From contig NC_082714.1 of the NCBI RefSeq assembly GCF_030144855.1, forward strand, positions 93,806,001 to 93,870,000: DNA of 64,000 nt, in the 5' to 3' direction. The notes under the pieces were generated by a model, which worked only from the letters and a program-made list of their open reading frames with translations, was not told where the DNA came from and ran no database searches. This document shows, in pieces, positions 1 through 13,269 of this stretch. Position numbers and translations under genes: made by a program. Every line of letters begins with the position of its first letter. The first letter of the stretch is position 1. Source of the stretch: Hypanus sabinus (lineage: Eukaryota).

Positions 1-900
1 ATCTCCAATGGGATCCTACCATCATGCACTTCTCCTGCCGCTACTTTCCGGTTTCCGTGGGGATCGCTCCCTACGCGATTGTCTTGCCAATTCCACCGTC
101 CTCTCTGATCCCCATCCTGACACTTATCCTTGCAAGCGTTACAAGTGCTTTACCTGCGCCTATACATCCACCCTCAGTACCATTCAGGCCCCAAGCAGTC
201 CTTGCAGGTGAGGCGGCAGTTCACCTGTGTTCCCGGTTTGGCCTCCTGAATATTGGTGAGACCTGACGTAGATTGGGAGATGGCTTCACCGACCACGTAC
301 ACTCTACCCGCCCGAAAAAGTGGGATCTCCCGGAGGTCACCCCTTTTATTACTACTTCACATTCAGTTTCTGACATGTGAGTCTATATCCTCCCCTGCTA
401 TCGCGTTGAAGCTACATTCAGGTTGGAGGAGCAACTCCTGATATTCCATCTTGGTAACCTCCAACCCGATGTAATGAACATTGGTTTCCTGAACTTTCGG
501 TAATTGCTACCTGCTTTCCTTCACCGTTCCCCATTCTCATTTCCCACTCTCAGCATAACTCCACACGTGCCCATGACCTCCTTCTAGTACTCCTCCCCCT
601 TCCCTTTCTTCGTGGAGTTTTGCCCCCTCCTATCAGATTACCCCTTCTCTAGCTCTTTATCTCTTTCACCGATCGAATTCCCAGCTCTCTGCTTCACCTC
701 CTTTCCTCTACAGGTTCACCTATCACGTAGTAGCTTCTATTTCTTCCTCCTCGAGCCCTAGCTCTTACTCTGGCCTCATCTGTTTTCTGTAGTCCTGATG
801 AAGGGTCTCTGCTAGAAATATCGATTGTTTACTCTTTTCCATTGATTCTGATTGTCCTGCGGAGTTCCAACAGTATTCAGTGAACGTTACTTATGTCATA
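1..900 (+). mobile_element. Penelope-like element (PLE) 3' remnant: GIY-YIG endonuclease C-terminus plus pseudo-LTR tail
   Basis: Broken frames give GLLNIGET*RRLGDGFTDHVHS and RLEEQLLIFHLGNLQPDVMNIGFLNFR* (stop 501-503), typical of PLE GIY-YIG domains. These are followed by a CT-rich 3' UTR and a CTGATGA...GAAA tail. Confidence 0.8.
790..827 (+). ncRNA. Minimal type I hammerhead ribozyme motif (PLE-associated, partly degenerate)
   Basis: TAGTC-CTGATGA-AGGGTCTCTGCTA-GAAA-TATC-GATTG. Both core strands are intact, stem I is TAGTC/GATTG, stem III is the palindrome ATAT, and stem II is weakened. Confidence 0.5.
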
Positions 901-1087
901 ACGTTTTCAGCTGCTCATTTACAACCCTGAGGTGTATCATTATGCTCCAGATGACTTAAACTACCCTCAGACCTTTCAGTTCCCAAGCTTCGTAATAGCA
1001 ACTATACTCATTTCTGACACTCTGAAACATCTGTCCATACTGCTTGTGTTTTCCATAGTGATGACTGATGGAAAGCAGATTAATTTA

Positions 1088-1962
1088 TGTTACGTACTCG
1101 TGACACAAGACAGTGGTACTCTTGTCACGTGACTGGGGTTGAAGCTATACTGGATTTGAGGTAATAGTCTTGTGATGGTGGAGTGATGTCATTTTTCCGC
1201 CAGTACAGATCATGTGACTGTGCTTTTTTACAGGTTATAAAAGGAAGACCCCACCCTGTGGGGGGGGGGGGCAGTTCGTGGCTGGATTTGCCATGTTGAC
1301 TTCATGCCACTGCGTGATTTAATGTGATGACGCAGTTTAGTTGAAGGATGAAGTTTTTATATAATGCCTAAAGTTTAAAAGGTCATTGCCAGCAGTTTCT
1401 ATACAATCCTGCTAGTTGAGAATCAGTGGAGAGTGAAGATCGGAGTTCGGGAGTTAAAGATCAAGGAGAATCGATTTCCGACGGGGAAACGGGTTCGACC
1501 GTGTTTAATCCTTATTCGGAAGGATTTCGTTGACTGTTCTCGTGTTAATCTCTGCGGAATAGCTGAAAAGATTGAGGACAGTGATAAAGGAAAGGTCAGT
1601 GCCTTTAAGCCGTTACGTTTCGTAAATTCTTCGTGGGAAAAAGTTCGACTTCGGGGACTGAAGCAAAGCGACGTGAAAGAGAATTTAAATCGTCTTAAAA
1701 AGTCTCTCCCTTAAATGGACTGTGAGCAATTCGAACTTTTGGCAATACTACTTTAAAGAACTGTTTTTGCAACATAGCTTTCAGAACTGTTTGAGCCGCA
1801 TCGCTTTAAGAACTGTTTAAGCTGCCGCACAACAGCTGATTTCCGGTTACGTTAGTGTTTGTTTACTTTTGGGGGGTTTGTTTCCAGTATTTAATAAACG
1901 TGTTATTTGTTATATAACCCCTTGCCTAACTCATATATTTATTGTTGCCTGACTACGTAACA
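1088..1962 (+). mobile_element. Solo LTR (probably Gypsy/Ty3 type)
   Basis: Perfect inverted termini TGTTACGTA (1088) and TACGTAACA (1962), a TATAAAA box near 1237 and AATAAA near 1893. The target duplication is imperfect (TTTA/TTTT). Confidence 0.75.
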
Positions 1963-2399
1963 TTTTGTTTGCTGTTTCTTAGTTCCCCCATTATTACTTA
2001 TCTAATTTATGTTCTAGCGGTCCGACACTCACACTAGCCTCTACTTTACACACACACAGACACACACATTTTTGGTTAGCTAACCTCATATCCTTAATAG
2101 TCCAGCTTAAGGAACATGGAACCAGAGACGATGAATAGACTCCGCCCACGATTCAAGCAAAGAGCCTTTCCGCTGAAGAGACTGCGTTACCTTCCACTTT
2201 CCCATCAATCGCATTTATTCTGGGCGTTCAGTGGAGAGGGTAGAAGGTGGCGTTGACGTGCTTAGTAGTTGTACTGGTCCATGTGAGTCACGAGAGGGAG
2301 GTGAAGAGCTAGATTGGGATTTCCGGTTGCCATATTGGGAGATCGAAGCACCAGATGTCAGCAGCGAACAAACAACTTTCCAATTACAAACTTAAATAG

Positions 2400-5300
2400 G
2401 CAGTTAACGGAATACCGATTACGGATTCTGAAAATAACATGCAACAAAGTTCTTGCAGAACTAACGAGTTTTTCCCAGTAGGACAACTGGACCAGAAACT
2501 TTTTCATGCTGTACAGGAAATTGGAACAGAGCAAGGACTTTGCCTTGCACCTTCTGCAACAATCATTTAGATCGCGGCTGATTTTGGAGACAACATCTGG
2601 GGGAAGCAACAGTGGTCTTGCCTCCGTCACAGAGACCGGCCCTGTTGCTCAGAAGTGTAGGAAAAGTAAGAGGAAGTCAGTAGTAATTGGGGACTCGATA
2701 GTTAGGGGGTCAGATAGGCGATTCTTTGGACGCAGTCAGGAGACCCGGATGGTAGTTTGTCTCCCTGGTGCCAGGGTCCGGGAAGTTTCTCATAGCATCC
2801 AAGATATTCTGAAGTTGGAGGGTGAGGAGCCAGAGGTCCTGGTGCATATAGGTACCAATGACATAGGTAGGAAAAGGGAAGAGGTCCTGAAAGGAGGATT
2901 TAAGGAGTTAGGAATGCAGTTGAGACGAAGGACAGCAAAGGTAGTAATCTTGGGACTACTGCCTATGCCACGCGACAGTGAGAGTAGGAATGAAATGAGG
3001 TGGAGGATAAATGCGTGGCTGAGGGATTGGAGCAGTGGGCAGGGATTCAAGTTTCTGGGTTATTGGGACTTAATTTGGTGCAGGTGTGACCTGTACAAAA
3101 AGGACGTGTTACACTTGAATCCTAGGGTGACCAATATCCTGGCGGGAAAGTTTAATAGAACTGTTAGGGAGGGTTTAAACTAATTTGGCAGGGGGATGGG
3201 AACCGGAATGATGGAGCAGAGGAGAGGGAAAAGATAAATAGATCTAAGGTAGTGAGCAGTAAGGCGGTCAGGAAGGACAGGCAAGTGATGGAGCAAAGTT
3301 GCAGTCATTGGGATGAGTTGCAGTGCAATCAATGCAAAATGTACCAAATAGTGGACATTAGGTGTTATACTTAAATGCACGCAGCATAAGGAATAAGGTG
3401 GATGATCTTGTTGTACAGTTACAGCTTGGCAGGTATGATATTTTGGCAATCACTGAGACGTGGCTAAAAGATGCATGTCTCTGGGAGCTGAATCGAAAGA
3501 ATAAGCAGGTAGGTAGAGGGGGTGGCGTGGCTTTAATGGTAAGAAATGATATTAAATCATTAGAAGGTGTTGACATTGGTTCGGAAGGTACAGAATCTTT
3601 CTGGATTGAGCTAAGAAATCGTAGAGGTAAAAGGATTCTGATGGCAGTTATCTACAGACCTCCAAACAGTTGCAGTGAGGTGGATGACAAATTACAAGAG
3701 GAAATAGAAAAAGCTTGCCAGAAGGGGATTTTAGCATGCAAGTTCATTGGGCAAATCAGGTCGGCACTGGATCTGAAGAGAGAGAATTTGGAGAATGTCC
3801 TCGAGTTGGCTTTTTAGAACAGCTTGTTGTTGAGCCCACTAGGGGGTCGGCTGTACTGGATTGGGTATTGCGTAATGAAACTGTGGTGATTAGAGAGATG
3901 GAAGTGAAGGAACCCTTAGGAGGCAGAGATCGCAATATGATTGAGTTCACTGTGAAATTTCAGAACGAGAAGTCGAAAACCAATGTGTCCGTATTTCAGT
4001 GGAGAAAAGGAAATTACAGTGGCATGAGAGAGGAACTGGCAAATGTTGACTGGAAAGGGCCACTAGCGGGAAGAAAAGTAGAGCAGCAGCGGTTGGAGTT
4101 TATGCGAGAAGTGAGGAAGGTGCAGGACCAAAGAAGAAGAGATTTTCGAATGGATAAAGGATGCAACCGAGGCTGACAAGAGAAGTCAAAGCCAAAGTAA
4201 AAGCAAAGCAGAGGGCATACAACGAACCAACAATTAGTGGGAAGACAGAGGATTGAGTTTTTAAAAGCTTACAAAAGGAAACTAGGAAGGTCATTAAGTG
4301 GGAAAAGATGAACTATGAAAGGAAGCTAGCAAATAATATCAAATATGATACTAAAATCTTTTTCAAGTATATAATGAGTAATAGACAGGTGAGAGTAGAT
4401 ATACGACCGTTTGAAAATGATGCTGGAGAAATTGTAATGGAGATAAGGAGATGGTGGAGGAACTGAACGAGTATTTTGCATCAGTCTTCACTGTGGAAGA
4501 TATCAGCAATATACCGGACATTCAAGGGCGTCAAGGAAGAGAAATATACGCAGTCACGATTATGGCAGAGAAATTACTCAGGAAGCTGAATAGTGTGCAG
4601 GTAGATAAATCTCCTGGAGCAGATGGAATGCAGCCTCGTGTTCTGAAGGAAGTGGAGATTGCGGAGACATTAGCAATGATCTTTCAAAAGTCGATAGATT
4701 CTGGCCTGGTTCCGGAGGACTTGAAGATAGTAAATGTCACTCCGCTATTTGAGAAGGTGGCAAGGAAGCAAAAATGAAATTACAGACCTGCTAGTTTGAC
4801 ATCGGTGGTTCGGAAGCTGTTGGAGTCGATTACCAAGGATGACGTTACGGAGTACCTGGAGGCAAATGACAAGACAGGCAGAACTCAGCACGGTTTCCTT
4901 GATGGAAAATCCTTCCTGGAAAACCTAGTGCAATTCTTTGAGGACATTACAAGTAAGCTAGACAAGGGAGATGCAGTGGATGTTGTGTATTTGGATTTTC
5001 TGAAGGCCTTTGTAAAAGTGCCGCACATGAGGCTGCTAAACAAGATAAGAGCCCATGGAAAGTTACATACGTGGATAGAGCGTTGGTTGATTGGCAGGAA
5101 ACAGAAAGTGAGAATAAAGGGATCACATTCTAGTTGGCTTCTGGATACCAGTGGTGTTCCACAAGGGTCCGTGTTGGGGCAGCTTCTTTTTACGTTGGAT
5201 ATCAACGATTTGGATTACGGAATAGATGGCTTTGTTGCTAAGTTTACTGATGATACAAAGGTTGATGGAGGTGCCGGTGGTGCTGTGGAAACATAGAGTC

Positions 5301-5718
5301 TGCAGGGAGACTTGGATAGATGGGGGAAATGGGCAGAAAAGTGGCAAATGAATTACGATGTCGGAAAGTGCACGGTCATAAACTTTGATAGAAGAAATAA
5401 ACGGACAGACTATTATTTAAATGGGGTGAGAATTCAAAGTTCTGTGATGCAACGGGTCTTGGGAGTCCTCGTGCAGGATACCATTAAGGTTAACCTCCAG
5501 GTTGAGTCGGTGGTGAAGAAAGCGAATGCAATGTTGGCATTCATTTCTAGAGGAATAGAGTATAGGAGCAAGGATGTGACATGAGGCTCTATAAGGCACT
5601 GGTAAGAACTCAGTTGGAAAACTGTGTGCAGATTTGGGCTCCTTATTTAAGAAAGGATGTACTGACGTTGGAGAGGGTTCAGAGAAGATTCACGAGAATG
5701 ATTCCGGGAATGAGAGGG
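2400..5718 (+). mobile_element. CR1 LINE, decayed near-full-length copy (ORF1 esterase, ORF2 APE + RT); 5' part of an element split by a nested insertion
   Basis: ORF 2506-3183 has SGNH/GDSL motifs (VVIGDSIVRG, VHIGTNDIG, LHLNPRG-like). APE motifs YLNARSIRNK and VIYRPP. RT motifs QHGF, DVVYLDF, SGVPQGSVLG and KFTDDTK. Confidence 0.92.
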
Positions 5719-8061
5719 TTTAGATATAACCACATAACAATTACAGCACGGCCACAGGCCGTCTCGGCCCATCTACTCACCCCTTCTAGTCACTCCCACC
5801 CAGGCTCACTGGCCCGCACTCAGCCCATAACCCTCCATTCCTTTCCTGTTGATGTACATATCCAATTTTACTTTAAATGACAATGCCGAACCTGTCTTTA
5901 CCACTTCTACTGGAAGCTCGTTCCACGCAGTTACCACTCTCTGAGTAAAGAAATTCCCCCTCGTGTTACCCTTAAACTTTTACCCCTAACTCTCAGCTTA
6001 TGTCCTCTCCTTTGAATCTCCCCTACTCTCAATGGATAAAGCCTATCCACGTCAACTCTATCTATCCCTCTAATTTCAAATACCTCTATCAAGTCCCCCC
6101 TCAACCTTCTACTTTCCAAAGAATAAACGCCTAACTTGTTCAGCCTTTCCCTGTAACTTAGGTGCTGACACCCAGGTAAAATTCTAGTACATCTTCTCTG
6201 TACAAATCTCTATTTTGTTGACATCTTTCGTATAATTTGATGACCAGAACAGTACACAATACTACAAATTTGGCCTCACCAATGCCTTGTACAAGTTTAA
6301 CGTTACATCCCAACTCCTATACGCAATGTTCTGATTTATAAAGGCCAGTATACCAAATGCTTTCTTCACAATCCTAACCACAGGAGATTCCACCTTCTGG
6401 GAACTATGCACCATTATTCCTAGATCACTCTGTTCTACTGCATTCCTCAATGCTCTACCATTTACCATGTATGTCCTATGTCCTATTATTCTTACCAAAA
6501 TGTATCACCTCACACTTATCAGCATTAAAACCCATCTGCCATCGTTCAGCCCAGTCTTCTAAGTGGCCTAAATCTCTCTGTAAGCTTTGAAAACGTACTT
6601 CATTATCCGCAACGCCACCTACCTTAACATCAGCTGCATACTGACTAATCCAATTTACCAGCCCATCATTCAGATCATTAATGTATATGACAAACAACAT
6701 TGGACCCAGTACCGATCCCTGAGGCACACCACTAGTCATCGGCCGCCAACCTGATAAACAGTTATCCAACACTACTCACTGGCATTTCCCATCCAGCCAC
6801 TGTTGAATCCATTTTACTACAATATTAATAGCTAACGATTGAACCATCCTAACTAACCTTCCATGCAGATCCTTGTCAAAGGCCTTACTGAACATATAGA
6901 CAACATCTACTGTCTTACCCTCGTCAACTTTCCTCGAAACCTCTTCAAAAAATTCAATAAGATATGTCAAACATGACCCTCCACGCACAGATCCATGCTG
7001 ACTGTTCCTGATCGGACCCTGTCTATCCATATAATTATATATATCAACTCTAAGAATATTTCCCATTAATTTACCCACCACTGAAGTCAAACTGACAGGC
7101 CTACAATTGCTAGGTTTACTCTTCGAACGCTTTTTAAATAATGGAACCATATGAGCAATACGCTAATCCTCTGGCACCATCCCCGTTTCTAATGACATTT
7201 GAAATATTTCTGTCAGAGCCCCTGCTATTTCTACACAAACTTCCCTCAAGGTCCTTGGGAATATCCTATCAGGCATCGGAGATTTATCCACTTTTATATT
7301 TTAGTAAAAGCGCTAGTACTTCCTCATCTTTAATCGTCATTGTTTCCATAACTCCCCTACATGTTTCCCTTGCCTTACACAATTCAATATCCTTCTCCTT
7401 ATGAATACTGAAGAAAATAAATTGTTCGAAATCTCCCCCAACTCTTTCGGCTCCATGAATAGCTGCCCACACTGATTCTCTAAAGGACCAATTTTATCTC
7501 TCTCTATCCTTTAGTTATTAATATATCTGTAGAAACCATTCGGATTTATTTTCACCTTACTTGCCAAAGCAACCTTGCATCTTCTTTTAGTTTTTCTAAT
7601 TTCTTTCATAGGATTCTTTTTACATTATTTATATTCCTCAAGCACATAATTTACTCCATGCTGCCTATACCTATTGTAGATTTCTCTCTTTTTCCTAATC
7701 AAGTTTCCAATATCCTTTCAAAACCATAGCTCTCTCAAACTTTAACATTTCCTTGTAACCTAACAGTAAAATGAAGATCCTGTACCCTCAAAATTTCACC
7801 TTTAAATGACCTCCATTTCTCTATTGCATCCTTCTCATAAAACAAATTGTCCCAATCCACTCCTAAATCCTCTCGCATCTCTTCTAAGTTAGCCTTTCTC
7901 CAATCAAAAATCTCAAACCTTGGTCCAGTCGTATCCTTTTCCATAATTACATTGAAACTAATGGCATTGTGATAACTAGACCCAAAGTGCTCCCCAGCAC
8001 ATACCTCCGTCACCTGACCTATTTCATTCCCTAACAGAGGATCCAACACTGTCCCTTCTCT
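5719..8061 (-). mobile_element. CR1 LINE (5'-truncated) nested inside the 2.4-8.5 kb CR1
   Basis: Minus-strand ORFs with MESRRLRGDLIEVF, SGVPQGSVLGP, QYAADVK and NCRPVSLTSVVGK. The 3' tail (reverse complement of ATATGGTT-like repeats) lies near 5722. Confidence 0.9.
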
Positions 8062-8515
8062 AAGAACGTATGGGGAACGTTTGACTGCTCTTGGTCTGTA
8101 CTCTTTGGAGTTTAGAAGAATGAACGGGGACCTCATAGAAACATTTCGAATGTTTAAAGGCGTGGACAGAGTGGATGTGGCAAAGTTGTTTCCCATGGTG
8201 GGGGAGTCTAGTACGAGAGGACATGACTTAAGCAGGGGTGTCCATTCGAAACAGAGATGCGTATTTGTTTTTAGCCTGAGTGTGGTGAAACTATGTAATT
8301 TGTTGCCTCGGGCGGCAGTGGAGGCTAAGCCATTAGGTGTATTTAAGGCAGAGATTGATATGTATCTGAGTAGTCAAGGCAGCAAAGGTTATGGTGAGAA
8401 GGCGGGGGAATGGGACTAAATGGGATATTGGATCAGCTCATTATGAAATGGCGGAGCAGACTCAATGGGCCGAATGTCCGACTTCTACTCCTTTGACATG
8501 TTCTTATGGACTTAT
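8062..8515 (+). mobile_element. 3' end of the split CR1 LINE
   Basis: Resumes at the ORF2 C-terminus (LGLYSLEFRRMNGDLIETF) where the 5' part stopped (RRFTRMIPGMRG). Ends in a TTCTTATG-like tail. Confidence 0.85.
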
Positions 8516-8771
8516 TTTATCATTAGTCTTCAAGTACCTCGAAATCTCATCCTCAGTAATAGCCTCCAACAATTTCACAACCACTAAGATTACACTAACT
8601 GGCCTATGTTGTCCTGTCTTAAACAGTGAATTTGCAATTTTCTACTCCTTCGGACCATTCCAGAATGAAGTTATTGCTGAAAGATTATGACAAATGAATC
8701 CGTTAGCTCTGCAGGAACCTTCTCAACCACTTTAAGACCTTTCCTTTGTATTAGCAATGAAACTCACTACT

Positions 8772-9131
8772 GCTTCTGTAACTCATGGTTATCTTCAATG
8801 TTTAATGTAAATTTGTCAGCAAAGTATGTATACGTCTTCATATGCGACAACGAGTTCCATGTTCTTACAGACATTCACAGTAGAATAAAAACGTAGATTA
8901 TATGCAATGAAAAAGTACACACAGAGACTGAGAAGCTCAAAGACGAGTAAATGCAAAGAAATAAATGGATAGATTTAAAGATAGATAAATAAACAAAACA
9001 CATAAATAAACTCAATCATTCATAAATAAATAAACAAACGGCTGCATGAATAATGGATGAATACATAAATAATACTGAGGACATGAGTCTGAAAGTGTGT
9101 CTATAGTTATGGAATCAGTTCAGAGAAGTGG
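8772..9131 (+). repeat. Third paralogous copy of the IgL-cluster 3' flank
   Basis: GCTTCTGTAACTCATGGTTATC is identical to 53937-53958, and 8795-9131 aligns colinearly with about 37410-37771. Confidence 0.65.
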
Positions 9132-9789
9132 TCTCAGTGAAGTAGTTCCTTGTGCAGACAGCAAATTCAGTAACATTGCACACAAGTTTTTCACGGTCGC
9201 TTGACCTGCAGATTTTTTTCAAGAATTTGGTGCAGAAATCTGACTTCGTCATTAATGAGGTTTTTATGTTCGTTGGGTGGTATCAACCTGTATCTGGACT
9301 TCAACTGACCAATAAAGAGCATATTAATCACTCTATTTATGGAGTTTCTAGAGCAAAGTGCGCGACATTAGAGAACAATAAATCAATTCCAGATCACGGT
9401 CCTGTCTGTGGATTCCGTACTCTCGTAATTCCATTTTCCCTTATTCCATATGGTGCTTTAAATGAGGCACCTGATTCTCGTTTCGGGCTGGCCATATAAA
9501 TATCTCTGGGGTCCTCGTCAGTAACCTCGGCAGTAATCCCGTCAGAAACCTCTTCTGTACCCACACCGGGAAGCTTGGCTCAGTGTTCCATGTTCTGTTT
9601 CTAAGAAGAGTCCCGGCGCTAGGTGATGTGTCCAAGGAGCAACCCTGGCTCAGTTATCTGTGACCTGTGTCTGAGTCAAGTCTGTTCCAAGTTCCGAGTC
9701 CCAGTCCAGTCCAGGAGCTGTTCCAGTTCAGTACTGGAGCCGAGTCCAAGTCCTGTCCAAGAGCCCAGTCCGGTCCTGTCCGAAAGCCA

Positions 9790-11180
9790 GCTTAATATCC
9801 ATAGCCTGGTAGAACTCACATCTACAGTGATGAAATACTTTAAGAGCTTGGCCATGACGAGATGAACTCCTGCCTCAGCAAGGACCTGGACCCATTGCAA
9901 TTTGCCGATCGCTATAATATTTCAACAGCAGATGCAATCTCAATGGCTCTTCACACGGTTTCAAACCAGATGGACACCACAACCACCTGTGTCAGGATGC
10001 TGTTAATCGACTATAGCTCAGCATTTAATACCACCATTCTCACAATCCTGACGAGAAGATGCAGAACCTGAGCCTCTGTACTTCGTTTGGAATTGGATCC
10101 TCGAATTCCTAACCAGAAGACCACAGTCTGTGCGGATTGGTGATAACATTACCTACTCGGTGACGATCAACCTCAGAGGTGTGTGCTTAGCTTACCGCTC
10201 TACTCTCCATATACCTATGACCGCGTGGCTATGCATAGCTCAAATAGCATCTATGAATTTGCTGATTATACAACCATTGCTGGCAGAATCTCAGGTGGTG
10301 TCGGGAGGGCGGACCGGAGTGAGATATGCTAACTAGTGGAGAGGTGTGGCAGCAACTACCTGCCATTCAACGTCAATAAGACGAAAGAGCTGATTGTGGA
10401 ATTCCGGAAGAGTGAGAGGAAAGAACACATACCAATCCTCACGGAGTAATCAGAAATGGAGAGAGTTAGCAGCTTCATGTTCCTGGGTGTAGTTGATCTC
10501 TGAGGACCAAGCTCGGTCCCAACATATTAATGTAGCTGTTAATATTAAAGAAGGCAAGACAGTGGTTATGCTTCATTGGGACTTTAAGATTTGATTTGAC
10601 AACAAATACACTCAAAAACTTCTATAGATGTACCGCAGAGAGCATTCTAACAGGCTACAGCACTGTTTGGTATGGGTGGGGGTGTGGTGCTACTGTACAG
10701 GACAGAAATAAGCTGCAGAGGATTATAAATTTAGTCGTCTCCATCTTGGGTGCCAGCCTACAAAGAACCCAGGACACTTTCAGGGAGCCGCGTTTCAGAA
10801 AGACAGCTTCTATTATTAAGGAACTCCAGCACACAGGAGTTGAACTGGAACTCTCTTTGCTCACTGGTTCCAACGGATAAGAGATACAGAAGCCGGAAGG
10901 GATACACTCAGCGATTTAGGAACAGATTCGTCCCCACTGTGATCCTATTCTTAAATGGACATTGATCCCTCGGGCACGACCTGAAATTTTAATATATATT
11001 ACTTCTAGCTTTTGCACGATTTTTTAATCTATTCAATTTCCGAATACTGTAATCGATTTAGTTCTTCTTCTTATTATTATAATTTTATTTTTCTCTATAT
11101 TATGTATTGTATTGAACTGCTGGAGAAAAGTTAACAAATTTCACATCACGTACCGGCGATAATAATCCTGATTCTGATTC
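9790..11180 (+). mobile_element. Rex1/Babar-type LINE, 5'-truncated, decayed
   Basis: LDPLQFADR...TADAISMALH...VRMLLIDYSSAFNT and LKNFYRCTAESILTG motifs, with an (ATTCTG)n tail near 11165-11180. Confidence 0.85.
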
Positions 11181-12150
11181 AAACGTGATGGTTTGCACGT
11201 AAACATGAGGGGGACCAATATTCTCGCCAGCAGGTTTCTTAGAGGTGTTGGAAGAGTGTCAACGATTTTGTCAGACCGGGGCGGGGGTGGTGGGAAGCGA
11301 AGTGAAGGGACCCAGGTTTGGATGGATGGTGAAAAAGGAAAAATAGCGTTCAGTCAGCGTGTAGGAAGGGCAGGCTGATGATAGGACAAAATTACAGATA
11401 GCGGGGTAAGTATAAGTGCATTAGGGATGTAGAATGAAAACGGGTAACAAATACTGTACTCAAAGCCGTACATCTCAATGCACGGAGTTTAAGAAATAAG
11501 GTAGATGATCTTTTTGTACTATGGTCAGGTATGGTCAGGTATGAAGTTATGGCCATCTCTGAATCTCGACTGAAGGATGGTTGTATTCGGGATATGAATG
11601 CCCAAGGTTGTATCGGAGGAAAAGGAAGGTAGGAACAGGGGGCAGCATGTTTCCGCTGGTTCAGAAATGTATCAAAAGTGTAGAAAGATGTGACAAAGGA
11701 TAGGAAGATGTTGAATCTTTGTGGGTTGAATTAAGAAACTGCACAGATAAAAGTACCCTGATAGCAGTTATATACAGGCCCCTCAACAGTCGCTGGCATG
11801 TGCACCATAGATTACAACAGAAAGTAGAAAGCGCGTGTCAAAAAGACAAATATATGATAGTCAGGGAATATTTCAACATGCAAGTCGATTGGGAAAGTCA
11901 CGTTGGAACTGCACCTTAGAAGTGAGGTTGTTGAATGTCCATGAGATTGCTTTTCAGAGCAGTTTGTCTTTGAATAAACAAAGGAATCAGTTATACTGAA
12001 TTGGAGATGAACTGGATATAATTAACGAGCTTAAGGTAAAAGAACCCTTAGGAGTCAGTTGTCACTATATGATTCAGTTCAAATTAAATCTTAATACGGA
12101 AAGATTAAAGTCTGGCGTTGCAGTAATTCAGTGGAGTGAAGGAAATCTAA
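11181..12150 (+). mobile_element. CR1 LINE fragment (ORF1 end, APE)
   Basis: LHVNMRGTNILASRF and LWVELRNCTDKSTLIAVIYRP motifs. Confidence 0.8.
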
Positions 12151-13269
12151 TAAATGAGCTTCCTTTGAACTGCAGTTGACTGAGGGTGGGCTTCTCTTAT
12201 TCTATCGCTCCTCGTTCAATGAAACCCATATCCCAGTAATGACATATGGTATTCTGCCCGAAGGATGGGTTTCTTCAGTAGAAAGGGAGGGCTGGGCTGA
12301 TAGGATATTTCAACTAACGGAGGCTGAGTAGATAGACCAAAATAGGCGACAGTGCAGAATGATTTCAGTGAAAAATGAGTATCCTGAAAGAGATTCACGA
12401 GAGATTCCAGGAATGCTAGATGGCTTCCGCGAGCGCCTCCAATTACCGTAACCACGGGTATTTTGAAATAAGACGAGCGATGTTTTCATTTGGGAAAGTC
12501 CACGAAACTCTATATTTCCTTGTACCACGATTGGATGGCTTGGTTGATTGGCACCCATCTGTCTCGAAGGACAATGGGTAAAGACGATCATCATCACAAG
12601 CCTCAGCGGAAAGTATGCAGTCCCTGAGATCCCAGTCGTCAAGATGAATCAAACCTGTTTCTCACACTCATATTCACTCACTCTCACATTCCCCCAAACA
12701 ACGCGCAAAGACGGTCCGAAGTCTGCTACCCCAGCACGAGCAGGAGGAACAGGAGCTCAGCGTGCAGAGGTTCCGTTCTCTTCGGCGTGAAAGAGCGGGT
12801 AAAGTGCAAGGAAGAGGTGTGGTGTTACTGGGAGAAGATCACGGCAATGCTCAGTCCGGAAGGAATGAATAGCTCGTCTAATGAGGGTTTATGGGTAGAA
12901 CCGAGCAATAGGAAATTTATAATCATTTTAATGGGTTTATATTATAGACGACACAACAATCTGAAGAGCAGTGTTCTAGACCTATTCAGAATGTGGATGT
13001 CATAGTTTAACCAGTGTTTATAGTGGGGAAAAATTCTGAATAATTTTGTGAGTACATACTCGACTACGACTGTTTTAAAATCCGTGACGAACGTATTCAT
13101 TCAGATACTCAGATGTGTCATTGAACGCTGCCCAGCCCACGACTGGAAGCAATCCCATAACCCATCCACCGCATTCTGCGATCGACTCTGTGGTGTCCTT
13201 AGCTTTGGAGCCTTCTTTGGAACCTCTGCCTGTATTCAGTTAGGAGTATGATAGACAGTGAGCAGATTT

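Noticed and set aside
911-935. TCATTTACAACC match to the IgL 3' flank as a remnant of the third cluster
   Set aside because: The 12-bp match has no extendable alignment.
2506-3183. 225-aa SGNH esterase-like ORF as a host gene
   Set aside because: It is CR1 ORF1, lying directly upstream of APE/RT remnants.
9670-9790. CCAGT/CCGAGTCCAAG short repeats as a CRISPR-like array
   Set aside because: They are irregular degenerate tandem repeats without unique spacers, in a vertebrate TE context.
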